NCBI GenBank assembly: GCA_964242945.1
Contig: CAXTCF010000004.1
Span: 1,045-65,044, forward strand
Direction of reading: 5' to 3'
Length of the DNA: 64,000 nucleotides
Origin: an uncultured Rhizobiaceae bacterium
GTDB lineage: Bacteria > Pseudomonadota > Alphaproteobacteria > Rhizobiales > Rhizobiaceae
The notes under the pieces were generated by a model. The model was not told the origin of the DNA. It searched no databases and worked only from the letters and a program-made list of their open reading frames with translations. Shown piece by piece: positions 38,165 through 47,681 of this stretch (its first letter is position 1; every line of letters begins with the position of its first letter). The position numbers were made by a program, and so were the translations under genes.

Positions 38165-41100
38165 GTGAACCCCCGCCCCGAAATCCCGCTCGACACGCTG
38201 GAACTCCAGGCCAGGGCCGCGGACCCCAGAAATTCCGTCTGGGTGTCGGCCAACGCCGGTTCGGGCAAGACGCATGTGCTGTCGCGCCGGGTGGCCCGCC
38301 TGCTGCTGGCCGGCACGGAACCGTCGAAAATCCTTTGCCTCACCTATACGCGCGCCGCCGCCGCCAACATGGCGAACCGCGTGTTCAAGTACCTCGCGGA
38401 ATGGGCGATGGCCGACGATGCGGCGCTTGGCCAAAAGATCGAGGAACTGGAAGGCGAGCGCCCCAACCTCGACACGATCGGACGTGCGAGAAAACTGTTC
38501 GCCAAGGCGCTGGAAACGCCGGGCGGCCTGAAGATCCAGACCATCCACGCCTTTTGCGAGTCGGTGCTGCACCAGTTCCCGCTGGAGGCCAACATCGCCG
38601 CGCACTTCTCCATGCTGGACGGCGCGATGGAGGCGGCGCTGTTTGCCGATGCGCGGCGCACGGTGATCACAGGGGCAACCGCCGCCGGCGATGCAGCGCT
38701 CGCCCAGGCCTTCGGCCACGTCATGGAATGCGCGGGCGAAACCGGGTTGGAAGCGCTGCTGGAAGAGGTGATGCGCGAGCGCAATGCCTTGCACGGCTTT
38801 GTCAGCCAGCTTCAGGCGGCCTGTTCCGAAAGCTCCGGCCTCTACCGCGCCTTCGGCCTGGACGCCGCGCACGAAGCGGCGTCCCTCGCGGAAAGCATCT
38901 GGCCCGACCCGTATTTCCACCGCGAGCTTGCCGGTGGCTTCGCCGCGCGCGCCAAGTCGGCTGGGAAAGCGAAGGCGCAGGAGTGGGCGGAGCACCTGAT
39001 TTCCGCCTGCGATCAGCCGGACCCGCTGTCCCGGCTGGAATGCCTGCGCAAGGCGTTCCTGACCAAGAACGGCCCCCACTGGCAGGCCAAGCAGCCCGGC
39101 CCGATCGCTTCCAAAGGCGTCGGCGAATTTTTTACGGGCTTTGCCGAGGAGTTCGCCCGCATCGCGGAGAACATCCGCATCCTGCTCGACCGCATCGCGC
39201 TCCTCCAGATGCTGCACGGCACCCGCGCCGCGCTCTCTCTCGCCGAACGCCTGCTCGCGCGCTACGAGAAGCTGAAGACCGGCCGCGGCTTCCTCGACTT
39301 CAACGACCTGATCACCCGCACGGCGCGGCTGCTCGCACGCAGCGATGCCGGGCCTTGGGTGCAGTACAAGCTCGACCAGGGCATCGACCACATCCTGCTC
39401 GACGAGGCGCAGGACACCAGCCCGGACCAGTGGATCGTCGTGAAAGGCTTGGCAGAGGATTTCTTTTCCGGCGCCGGGGCGCGCGGCACCGTCCACCGCA
39501 CGATCTTTGCGGTCGGCGACGAGAAGCAGTCGATCTATTCCTTTCAGGGCGCGCAGCCGGAGTCCTTTGCCGAAACCGGCTTCGCCTTCTCGCGCAATGT
39601 GCGCGCGGCGGACCAGAAATTCGAGCCGGTCAAGCTGTCCTGGTCGTTCCGCTCCACGGCCGACGTGCTGGCCGCCGTGGACTGCGTGTTCGCCCCCGAA
39701 GACGCGCGGCGCGGCCTGACGCGCGACCCTGAGCCGGTCGGCCACCGCGCGGTGCGCGCGAAGGACGCCGGCCATGTCGAGCTTTGGCCTTCGCTTGGGG
39801 TCGAGGAGGTGGAGGAGCCTGACGACTGGCGGCTGTCGGTGGACCACGCCCGCGCGCCCGCCGTGCGGCTGGCCGAGAACATCGCGCTCCGGATCAAGCA
39901 TTGGATCGAAAACGGCGACCGCATCGAGGGACGGAGCGGGCGCCTGCTGAAGGCCGGCGACGTGATGGTGCTGGTGCGCAAGCGCGACCGCTTCGTCCAT
40001 GCCCTGTCGCGCGCCCTGAAGAACCATAAGATCGACGTGGCAGGCGCCGACCGCATCCGCCTGCCCGACCACATCGCGGTGAAGGACCTGACCGCGCTCG
40101 GCCGCTTCCTGCTCCAGCCGGAAGACGACCTGTCGCTTGCCGCCGTTCTGCGCTCGCCGGTGTTCGGGCTTTCCGAGGACGAACTCTTTGCGCTGGCCGC
40201 CGGCCGCGCACCCGGCCAGTCGCTCGGCGAGGCGCTGCGGCGCGCCAAAAACCTGCGTTTCGTGACGATTGCCGCGCAGCTTGCCGCCTGGAACAACGAG
40301 GCCGCCTTCAAGCCGGTCTTCGAGTTCTATGCCGCGGTGCTGGGACGCGACGGCGTGCGCAAGCGCATGGTGGGGCGGCTCGGCCCGGAAGCCGGCGAGA
40401 TCCTGGACGAGTTCCTGAACTTCTGCCTCGGCGCGGAGCAGGCGGGCCAGGCCGGGCTCGAAGCGCTGCTGGCGACGCTCGACTCCGCCGCCCCCGACAT
40501 CCGCCGCGAGATGGACCAGAACCGCGACGAGGTGCGCATCATGACGGTGCACGCCGCCAAGGGCCTGGAAGCGCCGGTCGTGTTCCTGGTGGACGGCGGC
40601 GGCGCGCCCTTCGTGGAACAGCACATGCCGCGCCTCATGGCCTTCGACCCGCCGGGGCAGGGCAAGGAAGAGAAGCCCTGGCAGGGCAAGGGTTTTCTCT
40701 GGCGCTTCGGCTCAGCCGTCAACAACGAGGTCACGCGGACGCTGGGCGCGGCCGTCAAGCGCCAAGCCGACGACGAGTACCGCCGCCTGCTTTATGTCGG
40801 CATGACGCGCGCGGAGGACCGTCTGGTGGTCTGCGGCTACCACGGCAAGCGGGGCGCGAATGCCGGCAGCTGGCACACGCTGGTCGCTCGCGGCTTGGAA
40901 GCCTCGCCGTTCTCGCACAAACGTACCTGCCCTGTGACAGGCCGGGAGTTCCTGCACTTCCGCATCAGCCCGGAAGGGCTCGAACATCCCGCGTCCGCAG
41001 CGGCGGACAAGAAGGCGCCAAGCCAAAAACCGCTGCCCTCCGCCCTGCTGCGCAACCTGCCTGCGCCGGAGGTCCTGCCGCGCCCGCTGGCGCCTTCGGG

Positions 41101-41710
41101 CGCGGCGGCGCTGATCGAGCCTGCTCCGGCAGCCGCTGTCGCCGGCCGCTCGCCCGTGCTCGACGCGCAGGCCAAGCCGAGCCTTGCGCTGGCGCGCGGC
41201 TCGGCCTTTCACCGGCTGCTCGAAGTGCTGCCAGGCCTGCCGGAAGCCGCACGGGGCAATGCTGCGGAGCGCTACCTCGCCAAGGTCGGCGCCGCATGGC
41301 CGGCCTCCGTGCGGGACGGGCTGCTGCGCGCGTTGGAGGACATCCTGGCCGATCCCCGCTTCGCGCCCTTGTTCGCGCAGGGCTCACAGGCTGAAGTCGC
41401 GATCACCGGCACCGTTCTCGTGCGCGGCGTGCCCCGCACCGTTTCCGGCAAGATCGACCGGCTGGCGGTGACGGCAAGCGATGTCCTGATCGTCGATTAC
41501 AAGACGGACCGTCCCGGCGCGGCGTCATTCACCGAGGTGCCCAACGCCTACCTCGTCCAGCTCTCCCTCTACCGCGCGCTGCTTCGCTCGCTCTATCCGA
41601 CCAAGACCGTATCGGCCGCGATCCTGTTCACCGAAAGCCGCCAACTCATCCCCTTGCCGGCCGAGGCGATGGACCGGGTGCTGGCCGAGCTTGCCGCGGA
41701 AGCGGAATGA
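38165..41710 (+). CDS. addA: Double-strand break repair helicase AddA
   Basis: [48 protein letters not shown]. Confidence 0.97.
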   Translation: MNPRPEIPLDTLELQARAADPRNSVWVSANAGSGKTHVLSRRVARLLLAGTEPSKILCLTYTRAAAANMANRVFKYLAEWAMADDAALGQKIEELEGERPNLDTIGRARKLFAKALETPGGLKIQTIHAFCESVLHQFPLEANIAAHFSMLDGAMEAALFADARRTVITGATAAGDAALAQAFGHVMECAGETGLEALLEEVMRERNALHGFVSQLQAACSESSGLYRAFGLDAAHEAASLAESIWPDPYFHRELAGGFAARAKSAGKAKAQEWAEHLISACDQPDPLSRLECLRKAFLTKNGPHWQAKQPGPIASKGVGEFFTGFAEEFARIAENIRILLDRIALLQMLHGTRAALSLAERLLARYEKLKTGRGFLDFNDLITRTARLLARSDAGPWVQYKLDQGIDHILLDEAQDTSPDQWIVVKGLAEDFFSGAGARGTVHRTIFAVGDEKQSIYSFQGAQPESFAETGFAFSRNVRAADQKFEPVKLSWSFRSTADVLAAVDCVFAPEDARRGLTRDPEPVGHRAVRAKDAGHVELWPSLGVEEVEEPDDWRLSVDHARAPAVRLAENIALRIKHWIENGDRIEGRSGRLLKAGDVMVLVRKRDRFVHALSRALKNHKIDVAGADRIRLPDHIAVKDLTALGRFLLQPEDDLSLAAVLRSPVFGLSEDELFALAAGRAPGQSLGEALRRAKNLRFVTIAAQLAAWNNEAAFKPVFEFYAAVLGRDGVRKRMVGRLGPEAGEILDEFLNFCLGAEQAGQAGLEALLATLDSAAPDIRREMDQNRDEVRIMTVHAAKGLEAPVVFLVDGGGAPFVEQHMPRLMAFDPPGQGKEEKPWQGKGFLWRFGSAVNNEVTRTLGAAVKRQADDEYRRLLYVGMTRAEDRLVVCGYHGKRGANAGSWHTLVARGLEASPFSHKRTCPVTGREFLHFRISPEGLEHPASAAADKKAPSQKPLPSALLRNLPAPEVLPRPLAPSGAAALIEPAPAAAVAGRSPVLDAQAKPSLALARGSAFHRLLEVLPGLPEAARGNAAERYLAKVGAAWPASVRDGLLRALEDILADPRFAPLFAQGSQAEVAITGTVLVRGVPRTVSGKIDRLAVTASDVLIVDYKTDRPGAASFTEVPNAYLVQLSLYRALLRSLYPTKTVSAAILFTESRQLIPLPAEAMDRVLAELAAEAE

Positions 41711-41778
41711 TCGTTCGGGGCCTTTCGAAGGCGGAGACAAAAAACCTCAGGACAAGGCTGGCGCCTTCGACCCCATAT

Positions 41779-41807
41779 CTTGTTCCTTAAGCCTGGGACG
41801 CATACAT
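41779..41807 (+). promoter_or_regulatory. Candidate RpoH-type promoter for trxA
   Basis: CTTGTT-N16-CATACAT. Confidence 0.35.
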
Positions 41808-41897
41808 CTTGTTGAACTGGGAACGGCGCCGCGCCCTTTCCCGTTCTACCTCCGAGCCTCTCCCCGGCTTCGGCTGCTCCTCGAAAGGATTTTCCTC

Positions 41898-42218
41898 ATG
41901 GCTACGGTCAAGGTCGACAACAGCAATTTCGAGTCCGACGTGCTTCAGGCCTCCGAGCCTGTGGTGGTGGATTTCTGGGCGGAGTGGTGCGGCCCCTGCA
42001 AGATGATCGGCCCGTCGCTCGAAGAGATTTCCGGCGAGCTTGCCGGCAAGGTGAAGATCGCCAAGCTGAACATCGACGAGAACCCGGAGATCGCCGCCCA
42101 GTTCGGCGTGCGCTCCATCCCGACGCTGATGATGTTCAAGGACGGCGCGGTCGCCGACATGAAGGTCGGCGCGCTGCCGAAGACGGCGCTTTCGCACTGG
42201 ATCAAGAACGCGGCCTGA
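41898..42218 (+). CDS. trxA: Thioredoxin
   Basis: [11 protein letters not shown]; start at ATG 41898. Confidence 0.98.
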   Translation: MATVKVDNSNFESDVLQASEPVVVDFWAEWCGPCKMIGPSLEEISGELAGKVKIAKLNIDENPEIAAQFGVRSIPTLMMFKDGAVADMKVGALPKTALSHWIKNAA

Positions 42219-42236
42219 TCGGCTCACGCTCACTTC

Positions 42237-42279
42237 AAGAAAGCAAAAGCCCGGCTTCGAGCCGGGCTTTTGCTTTCTT
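42237..42279. terminator. Bidirectional intrinsic terminator
   Basis: 19-bp perfect stem AAGAAAGCAAAAGCCCGGC, loop TTCGA, GCCGGGCTTTTGCTTTCTT. Confidence 0.88.
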
Positions 42280-42299
42280 GCCATATCGCTCAAGCGTCG

Positions 42300-42442
42300 G
42301 AGGTTGTTTGGAAAGGCGTCAGGGCGCAGCGAGAATGGTGTTTTCGAGAACCGGAGCGCAGCGTACCTTGATGGTACGTGAGCACCGGAAGCGGAGAAAA
42401 CGCCGTTCGCAGCCAGCCCTCACGCAGTTTCCAGACAACCTC
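42300..42442. mobile_element. RPE-like (Rickettsia palindromic element-like) MITE, 143 bp
   Basis: TIRs GAGGTTGTTTGGAAA and TTTCCAGACAACCTC match 14/15; central GCAGCGTAC...GTACGTGAG core as recalled for RPE1. Confidence 0.8.
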
Positions 42443-43067
42443 AGCGCACGATCACCTTGGCGCCTACCTCGGCCCGGTCGTAGAGGTCGATGATGTCCTG
42501 GTTCATCAGGCGGATGCAGCCGGAGGACATCGCCTTGCCGATCGATGCCCATTCCGGCGTGCCGTGCAGGCGGTAGCCGGTGTCGCCGCGGCCGTTGTGC
42601 AGGTAAAGGGCGCGTGCGCCCAGCGCGTTGCCGGGGCCGGGCGGCTGCCCGTCGGCAAAGCGGGCGGCGCGGGGGTCGCGGGCGATCATCTCCTTGGGCG
42701 GCGTCCAGACCGGCCACGCCTTCTTGGCCGCCACGCGCGCCTCGCCCGACCATTCGAAGCCGGCGCGCCCGACGCCGATGCCGTAGCGCACCGCCTTGCC
42801 GCCCGGCAGCACGAAGTAAAGGAACTTCTTGCCGGTCTCGACGACGATGGTGCCGGGCGCTTCGCCCGACTCGTAGTTCACGACCTGGCGCTGGTACTTG
42901 CGGTCCACCTTGTAGATGGGAATCGCGGGAAGCTGATACCCCGCGTCCCGCCGCGCGCCATAGTCGTTCGTGAACATCGACGAAGCGCCGCCGAGCACCG
43001 AGCAGCCGCTCGCAAGCGCCGCGAGCCCCAGCGCAACGCCCAAGGCCAGAAATTTAGAACGGACCAA
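42441..43067 (-). CDS. L,D-transpeptidase (YkuD) lipoprotein
   Basis: TTG start with a GGGGAC RBS; lipobox LASGC; YGIGVGR, LGARAL, RLHGT, SSGCIRL. Confidence 0.92.
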   Translation of the reverse strand: MVRSKFLALGVALGLAALASGCSVLGGASSMFTNDYGARRDAGYQLPAIPIYKVDRKYQRQVVNYESGEAPGTIVVETGKKFLYFVLPGGKAVRYGIGVGRAGFEWSGEARVAAKKAWPVWTPPKEMIARDPRAARFADGQPPGPGNALGARALYLHNGRGDTGYRLHGTPEWASIGKAMSSGCIRLMNQDIIDLYDRAEVGAKVIVR

Positions 43068-43323
43068 GCTGATTGTCCCCCACCCAGGTCGGCTCGAACA
43101 GAGTTCCGGAGCCTGATTTGCGCATAAACCCCTTGTCGCTGCCATTTTCCCTGAGAGAAGCGGCTTGCCAAGCCGTCGCGGCAGGCGCCGCGCGAATGCG
43201 CGAGGCAGGGTGTTATTTCTGCAACATGGTTAACATTGTGTTGCCTCACGAAAGCGTCAGGTGTCCCAACGCGGCACAAATACCCGTTTCGCCCGCAAGA
43301 AATCCTGCTTAAGAATCGCGCGC

Positions 43324-43827
43324 ATGCCGCTCGTTTCCCCGCTTCGCGCTTCCCATCCGCTTCAGGACGGCCGCCAGTCCGAGCGCGCCATGGTGGTGCG
43401 CCGCGGCGTCCAGCGCCTGATGGCCGAATGGAACACCCATGTGCTGCCGGAAATCAGCTTAAGCGGCGGCCGCCGCGCCGATCTCGTGGCGCTGACGCCC
43501 AAAGGCGACATCTGGATCGTCGAGATAAAATCGTCGGTGGAGGATTTCCGCGCCGACCGCAAATGGCCGGAATACCGGCTCCACTGCGACCGCTTCTTCT
43601 TCGCCACGCACCCGGCCGTGCCGGCCGGAATCTTCCCGGAAGAAGCCGGCTTCTTCCTGTCGGATGGGTACGGCGCCGAGATGCTGCGCGACGCGCCGGA
43701 GCACCGCCTGCCCCCGCATGTGCGCCGCGCGATGATGCTGCGCCTGGCGCGCGCCGCCGCCGCCCGCCTGCTCGCTGCGGAACTGGCGGGGGTTCCGGTA
43801 CCGGCTTTGGAAGGCGAAAGTGAGTAG
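43324..43827 (+). CDS. mmcB: MmcB-family DNA repair protein
   Basis: DGRQSERA, GRRADL, IVEIKSS..DF..D.KW..Y..HCDRFFFA. Confidence 0.9.
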   Translation: MPLVSPLRASHPLQDGRQSERAMVVRRGVQRLMAEWNTHVLPEISLSGGRRADLVALTPKGDIWIVEIKSSVEDFRADRKWPEYRLHCDRFFFATHPAVPAGIFPEEAGFFLSDGYGAEMLRDAPEHRLPPHVRRAMMLRLARAAAARLLAAELAGVPVPALEGESE

Positions 43828-43890
43828 GAAGCGAGTAGCGAACAGAAAACGCTGGGCAACCGCGCCAGCGCTCCGCATGCTCGCTGCTCG

Positions 43891-44466
43891 CTACCGCGGG
43901 GCACGCTTCGCCAAAATCCTCTGCAACGTCCGGCGGTGCATGTTGAGGCGGCGCGCGGTTTCCGACACGTTGCGGTCGCACATCTCATAGACCCGCTGGA
44001 TGTGCTCCCAGCGCACCCGGTCGGCCGACATCGGGTTTTCCGGCGGGCTGGCGCGCTCGCCCTCGGTCGAGGTCAGCGCGGCGAAGATGTCGTCGGCGTC
44101 CGCAGGCTTCGACAGGTAGTCCACCGCGCCCAGCTTCACCGCCGTGACGGCCGTGGCGATGTTGCCGTAACCCGTCAGGATGATCGCGCGCGTGTCGCTG
44201 CGCTTGTCGCGGATGGCCGAGATGACGTCGAGCCCGTTGCCGTCGCCGAGCCGCATGTCCACCACCGCAAAGGCCGGCGGGCGGGCCTGCACCTTCTGCA
44301 CGGCTTCTTCCACGCTTTCCGCCGTCTCGACGGAAAAGCCGCGCGTTTCGAGCGCCCGCGCGATCCGCTGGAGAAACGGCTTGTCGTCGTCCACGATCAA
44401 AAGCGAAGGGTCGCTCCCCAGCTGCACGCCGACTTCCAGGGAAGGTGCAAGTGTTTGTTCATTCAT
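43891..44466 (-). CDS. actR: ActR/RegA/PrrA response regulator
   Basis: PPENPMSADRVRWEHIQRVYE.CDRNVSETARRLNMHRRTLQRILAKRAPR. Confidence 0.96.
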   Translation of the reverse strand: MNEQTLAPSLEVGVQLGSDPSLLIVDDDKPFLQRIARALETRGFSVETAESVEEAVQKVQARPPAFAVVDMRLGDGNGLDVISAIRDKRSDTRAIILTGYGNIATAVTAVKLGAVDYLSKPADADDIFAALTSTEGERASPPENPMSADRVRWEHIQRVYEMCDRNVSETARRLNMHRRTLQRILAKRAPR

Positions 44467-44512
44467 GATTTTCTTGGCCTTTTTTCTTCCCCTTCATATA
44501 GGTATCCGCACG

Positions 44513-44527
44513 GCGACAATCCATCGC
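44513..44527. promoter_or_regulatory. Candidate RegA/RegR box upstream of actR
   Basis: Minus strand GCGAT-GGATT-GTCGC, one mismatch to GCGRC-N5-GTCGC, 47 bp before the start. Confidence 0.45.
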
Positions 44528-44649
44528 AGGAGACAAGGAGGAAAGGCGAATTCGGTTTGCAAAACCGCTGCATGCCTTTCGGGTTCATGCCGCAAGGCGG
44601 CCGCTTCACGGAAAGGTGAAAACTTGGGATTGGCTTGCCCTAGTCCCGC

Positions 44650-45504
44650 TCAGCTTCGCAGCGGGACCCCAGCCTGTCCCGCCTTCTCGCGCAGGAAGGC
44701 GGCTCCGATCTCCAGCAGTTCGTCGGAACTCTCGTCGGGACGCCGGCCTGTAACCCGGCCTGCGGCGATCTCGGTCAACGGTGTGCCGCGCCAGACCAGC
44801 GGGCCGGAAAAGCCGATATCGGCCAGCGCCTTGAAGGCAGCAGTCCAGTCCAGGAGCCCGCGGCCGGGCACGCCTCGGTTGGACTCCGACAGGTCAACGA
44901 GCCCAAGAAAAGGCGCTGCCGTTTCGAACGCGGAGGTCCAGTTCTCCTCCTCGGCATGCATGGCGGCGGTGTCGAGCTGGAGAAAGACGTTCTCTGCGCC
45001 GATCCGCTCGACCAGCCACGCTCCGTCGGCCGCGCGGTTGAGGAGAGGCGTCTCGAACCGGCTGGCGGGGCCGAGGCCGAGCTTCAGCCGGTAGCCGCGC
45101 GCCGCTTTCGCCGCGCGTTCGAGAAAGCGCGTCAGCCCATCCATTTCCTTCTGCGTGGCGGTGCGTCCGGGGCTGCGGCCCGGCGTGTCATAGACGATGC
45201 CGCCGAGCCCGAAGCTGCCGGCCTCGGCGCAGACCGGGAAAACTTTTTCCAGGAAGTCGAGCGCGTTCTCCGGCTGTTGCAGCGGGTCGAGCACGGGCGG
45301 CAGGCCGGCCAGGGACACGAAGAGTTCGACGTTCAGCCGCTCGGCGGCGGCGCGGATGCGCTTCGGCTCGACATCCTGCGGACGCGAAAACGGGATTTCC
45401 AGAAGGCCGAAGCCGGCTTCCTTCAGCCGCTCGGTCTCCGCTTCGAAGCGAGAGCCTTCCCGGCCGAGGCCGAGCACGGAAGCGTGGATGCCGAACAGGC
45501 TCAT
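44650..45504 (-). CDS. D-tagatose/D-psicose 3-epimerase-like TIM-barrel protein with degenerate active site
   Basis: Retains SRFET.LLN, LDT..M..EE, ESNRG.PG.G..DW; start at ATG 45504. Confidence 0.8.
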   Translation of the reverse strand: MSLFGIHASVLGLGREGSRFEAETERLKEAGFGLLEIPFSRPQDVEPKRIRAAAERLNVELFVSLAGLPPVLDPLQQPENALDFLEKVFPVCAEAGSFGLGGIVYDTPGRSPGRTATQKEMDGLTRFLERAAKAARGYRLKLGLGPASRFETPLLNRAADGAWLVERIGAENVFLQLDTAAMHAEEENWTSAFETAAPFLGLVDLSESNRGVPGRGLLDWTAAFKALADIGFSGPLVWRGTPLTEIAAGRVTGRRPDESSDELLEIGAAFLREKAGQAGVPLRS

Positions 45505-45514
45505 GGATGCCGGA

Positions 45515-45904
45515 TCAACCCTTCCGCTTCGGCCTGACCAGGGAAGACAGCGAGGTCGCCGCGCTGGAAAACACACCCCGCACCTTGCCGATCGACCGCG
45601 ACAGGATTCCTTCGCTCCCCTTGGCTGCGACGGCAGCCTTGCGCTGGGCGGCGGACGTCGTTCTGGCGCCGCTGGCGGAGGCCGGCTTCTTCGCGGAGGC
45701 GGCAGAGGCTTCCGCCCCGGCGAGTGCCTTGCCGGATTTCTTCGCCTGGCGCTTTGCTGCGCGCGCGGTCTTGGTGGCGACGCGGGCGGCGGCGGACTTG
45801 CGCGGGCGGGCAGGCTTCGCCGGCGTGCCGGCCGGCTCGTCCTGCCGATCGTCTTCCCCCGCGTCGGGTTTCACCGCCGCTTCCGTCTTCGCCTTGGTTG
45901 CCAT
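45515..45904 (-). CDS. Lys/Ala-rich low-complexity protein (histone H1-like composition)
   Basis: ATG 45904 with an AAAGG RBS; AKRQAKKSGKA and SAKKPA; stop 11 nt before the next gene. Confidence 0.6.
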   Translation of the reverse strand: MATKAKTEAAVKPDAGEDDRQDEPAGTPAKPARPRKSAAARVATKTARAAKRQAKKSGKALAGAEASAASAKKPASASGARTTSAAQRKAAVAAKGSEGILSRSIGKVRGVFSSAATSLSSLVRPKRKG

Positions 45905-46141
45905 CAGGAGACCTTTCCACGCCCGGAGCCGAGTGGAAGCCGGGCCGTCGAAGAAAAGCAAGCGAAAACAGCAGGCCGCGAGGCGCGCTCACCGAAACCG
46001 CCGATGAGACGAGGACAGGCGCCGACAGCGCTGAGCCGAATACTCACAAACATTCCAAGTCCGAGAAGGGTGAAAGGCGGATGTCGCTTCGCTCCCAAGG
46101 CATGATGTCAACCTCGTGAACCACATGCCGACACTTTCTTG

Positions 46142-46522
46142 TCACATCACCATCGCTTCGAACTCTTTGCGTGGATAGCAACCCCGCTCGGGTATGCTTC
46201 CCGCTTTCACGTCATGCCAGTTCAGCAACATCAAAATGCGCTTGTCGTTGTCGTTCGCAGTTTTATCCGTAAACACATAATACAGAGTCTGATTAAAGAT
46301 ATAATCTGCTTGAAAAACCTCTCGTATGAACCATTTATCAGTAGGAATATAATAATATACAGTATCCGTCATTTCGACACATACATCGTCTACAGGCGGT
46401 ACGCAGGAGACTTCTCGACAAAATGCATATCGCCTCGTTACTTCATATGAGCCGAAGAGGCTCACGACTACAAGCAACATGGTAGCGACGGTATATGTGG
46501 CTTCCAAAGGCCACGCCTTCAA
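46142..46522 (-). CDS. Orphan hypothetical protein in an AT-rich islet
   Basis: 126-codon ORF with TTG start and hydrophobic N-terminus; 37 of 120 bases are G/C at 46261-46380. Confidence 0.5.
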   Translation of the reverse strand: MKAWPLEATYTVATMLLVVVSLFGSYEVTRRYAFCREVSCVPPVDDVCVEMTDTVYYYIPTDKWFIREVFQADYIFNQTLYYVFTDKTANDNDKRILMLLNWHDVKAGSIPERGCYPRKEFEAMVM

Positions 46523-46624
46523 AACCTTTTTCGTCCTTTTGCAGATCGTTCTGGCAAGGCGTTACATCATCCATGAATGTCTGCGAAAGCTCGAAAGCAG
46601 ATCCTCAATTTATAAGTCTACGTC

Positions 46625-47239
46625 CTAGATCACCAGATCGGCCGGGCGGCGACGTTGCAGAACGCGGTCGATGTTCGGCATGTCGTTGGTGTCGATCCAG
46701 CGGCGGGCCGCTTCCCGCTCGCGCCCGTGCTCGTCCCAGCGCGCGACGAGGCGGCGGTCGAGTTCCTCCCGGCTGACATCCACATAGATCGTCATGTCGA
46801 ACAGGTCCGCCAGATTCCTCCAGGGTTCTTCGTCGAGCAGCAGGTAGTTGCCTTCCACCAGCACGATGCCGACGTTTCCGTCGATCACCGCGGCAGCCGC
46901 CCGCGAAAGCTCCATGGAGCGGTCGAAGACGGGAATGGCGATATCCGGCTCGCGCGCCTTGATGCGCTTCAGAAGCACTTGGAAGCCCGAAAAGTCGAAA
47001 GTTTCCGGTGCGCCTTTGCGCGAGGAAAGGCCGCGCGCGGCCAGCACGGCGTCGTCGAAGTGGAAGCCGTCCATCGGCACGACGATCGCGCTTGCTTCCG
47101 GAAGGGCGGCGCAGAGGGCGGCCGAAAGCGTGGACTTGCCCGCTGCCGGAGGCCCGGCGATGGCGACCACGAAGCGGCCGCCGGCCGCTTCCGCGCGTTT
47201 TGCGATTTCAGCGGCGATCCGGCTCAAGTCTTGGCGCAT
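46625..47239 (-). CDS. P-loop kinase of the YggC/FrcK (pantothenate/uridine kinase-like) family
   Basis: GPPAAGKST, PMDGFH, RKGAPETFD, VEGNYLL. Confidence 0.85.
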   Translation of the reverse strand: MRQDLSRIAAEIAKRAEAAGGRFVVAIAGPPAAGKSTLSAALCAALPEASAIVVPMDGFHFDDAVLAARGLSSRKGAPETFDFSGFQVLLKRIKAREPDIAIPVFDRSMELSRAAAAVIDGNVGIVLVEGNYLLLDEEPWRNLADLFDMTIYVDVSREELDRRLVARWDEHGREREAARRWIDTNDMPNIDRVLQRRRPADLVI

Positions 47240-47300
47240 GGCACCCTTCGGCAGGTGGAAGATGATGGTTGCGCCATTCTGGCCGAGCAAGGCTGCGCTG

Positions 47301-47681
47301 TCACGTGGACAGCATCTTTTCGATTTCGGCCACCACCCGGTCGCGGCGATAGGGCTTGGAGAAGAACACGGCCCGCTCCGGCAGGCGCAAGTCCTTTCCC
47401 CACGACCTGCCGGAGGTGATGATGATCTCGATCGGCGGCCAGCGGTCGCGGACGGCGGCTGCGAACTTGATGCCGTCCAACCCGCGCGGCATGTCGATGT
47501 CGGTGAAAACGACGTGGATGTCGAGGCGGCGCTCCAAAATCTCGATCGCCGAAGTCGCGTCGGCTGCCTCCACCACTTCGAAGCCGGCTTCCTCGATCAT
47601 ATCGACCGCCATCATGCGCTGCAGCGGTTCGTCCTCCACGACGAGCACGACCTTGGGACGGGGAGGGGAAGCGCTCGCCAC
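47301..47681 (-). CDS. Single-domain response regulator
   Basis: VVEDE, FTDIDMP, FFSKPY. Confidence 0.9.
   Translation of the reverse strand: MASASPPRPKVVLVVEDEPLQRMMAVDMIEEAGFEVVEAADATSAIEILERRLDIHVVFTDIDMPRGLDGIKFAAAVRDRWPPIEIIITSGRSWGKDLRLPERAVFFSKPYRRDRVVAEIEKMLST

Noticed and set aside
43068-43323. LexA box upstream of mmcB
   Set aside because: No GTTC-N7-GTTC or GAAC-N7-GAAC match found by eye.
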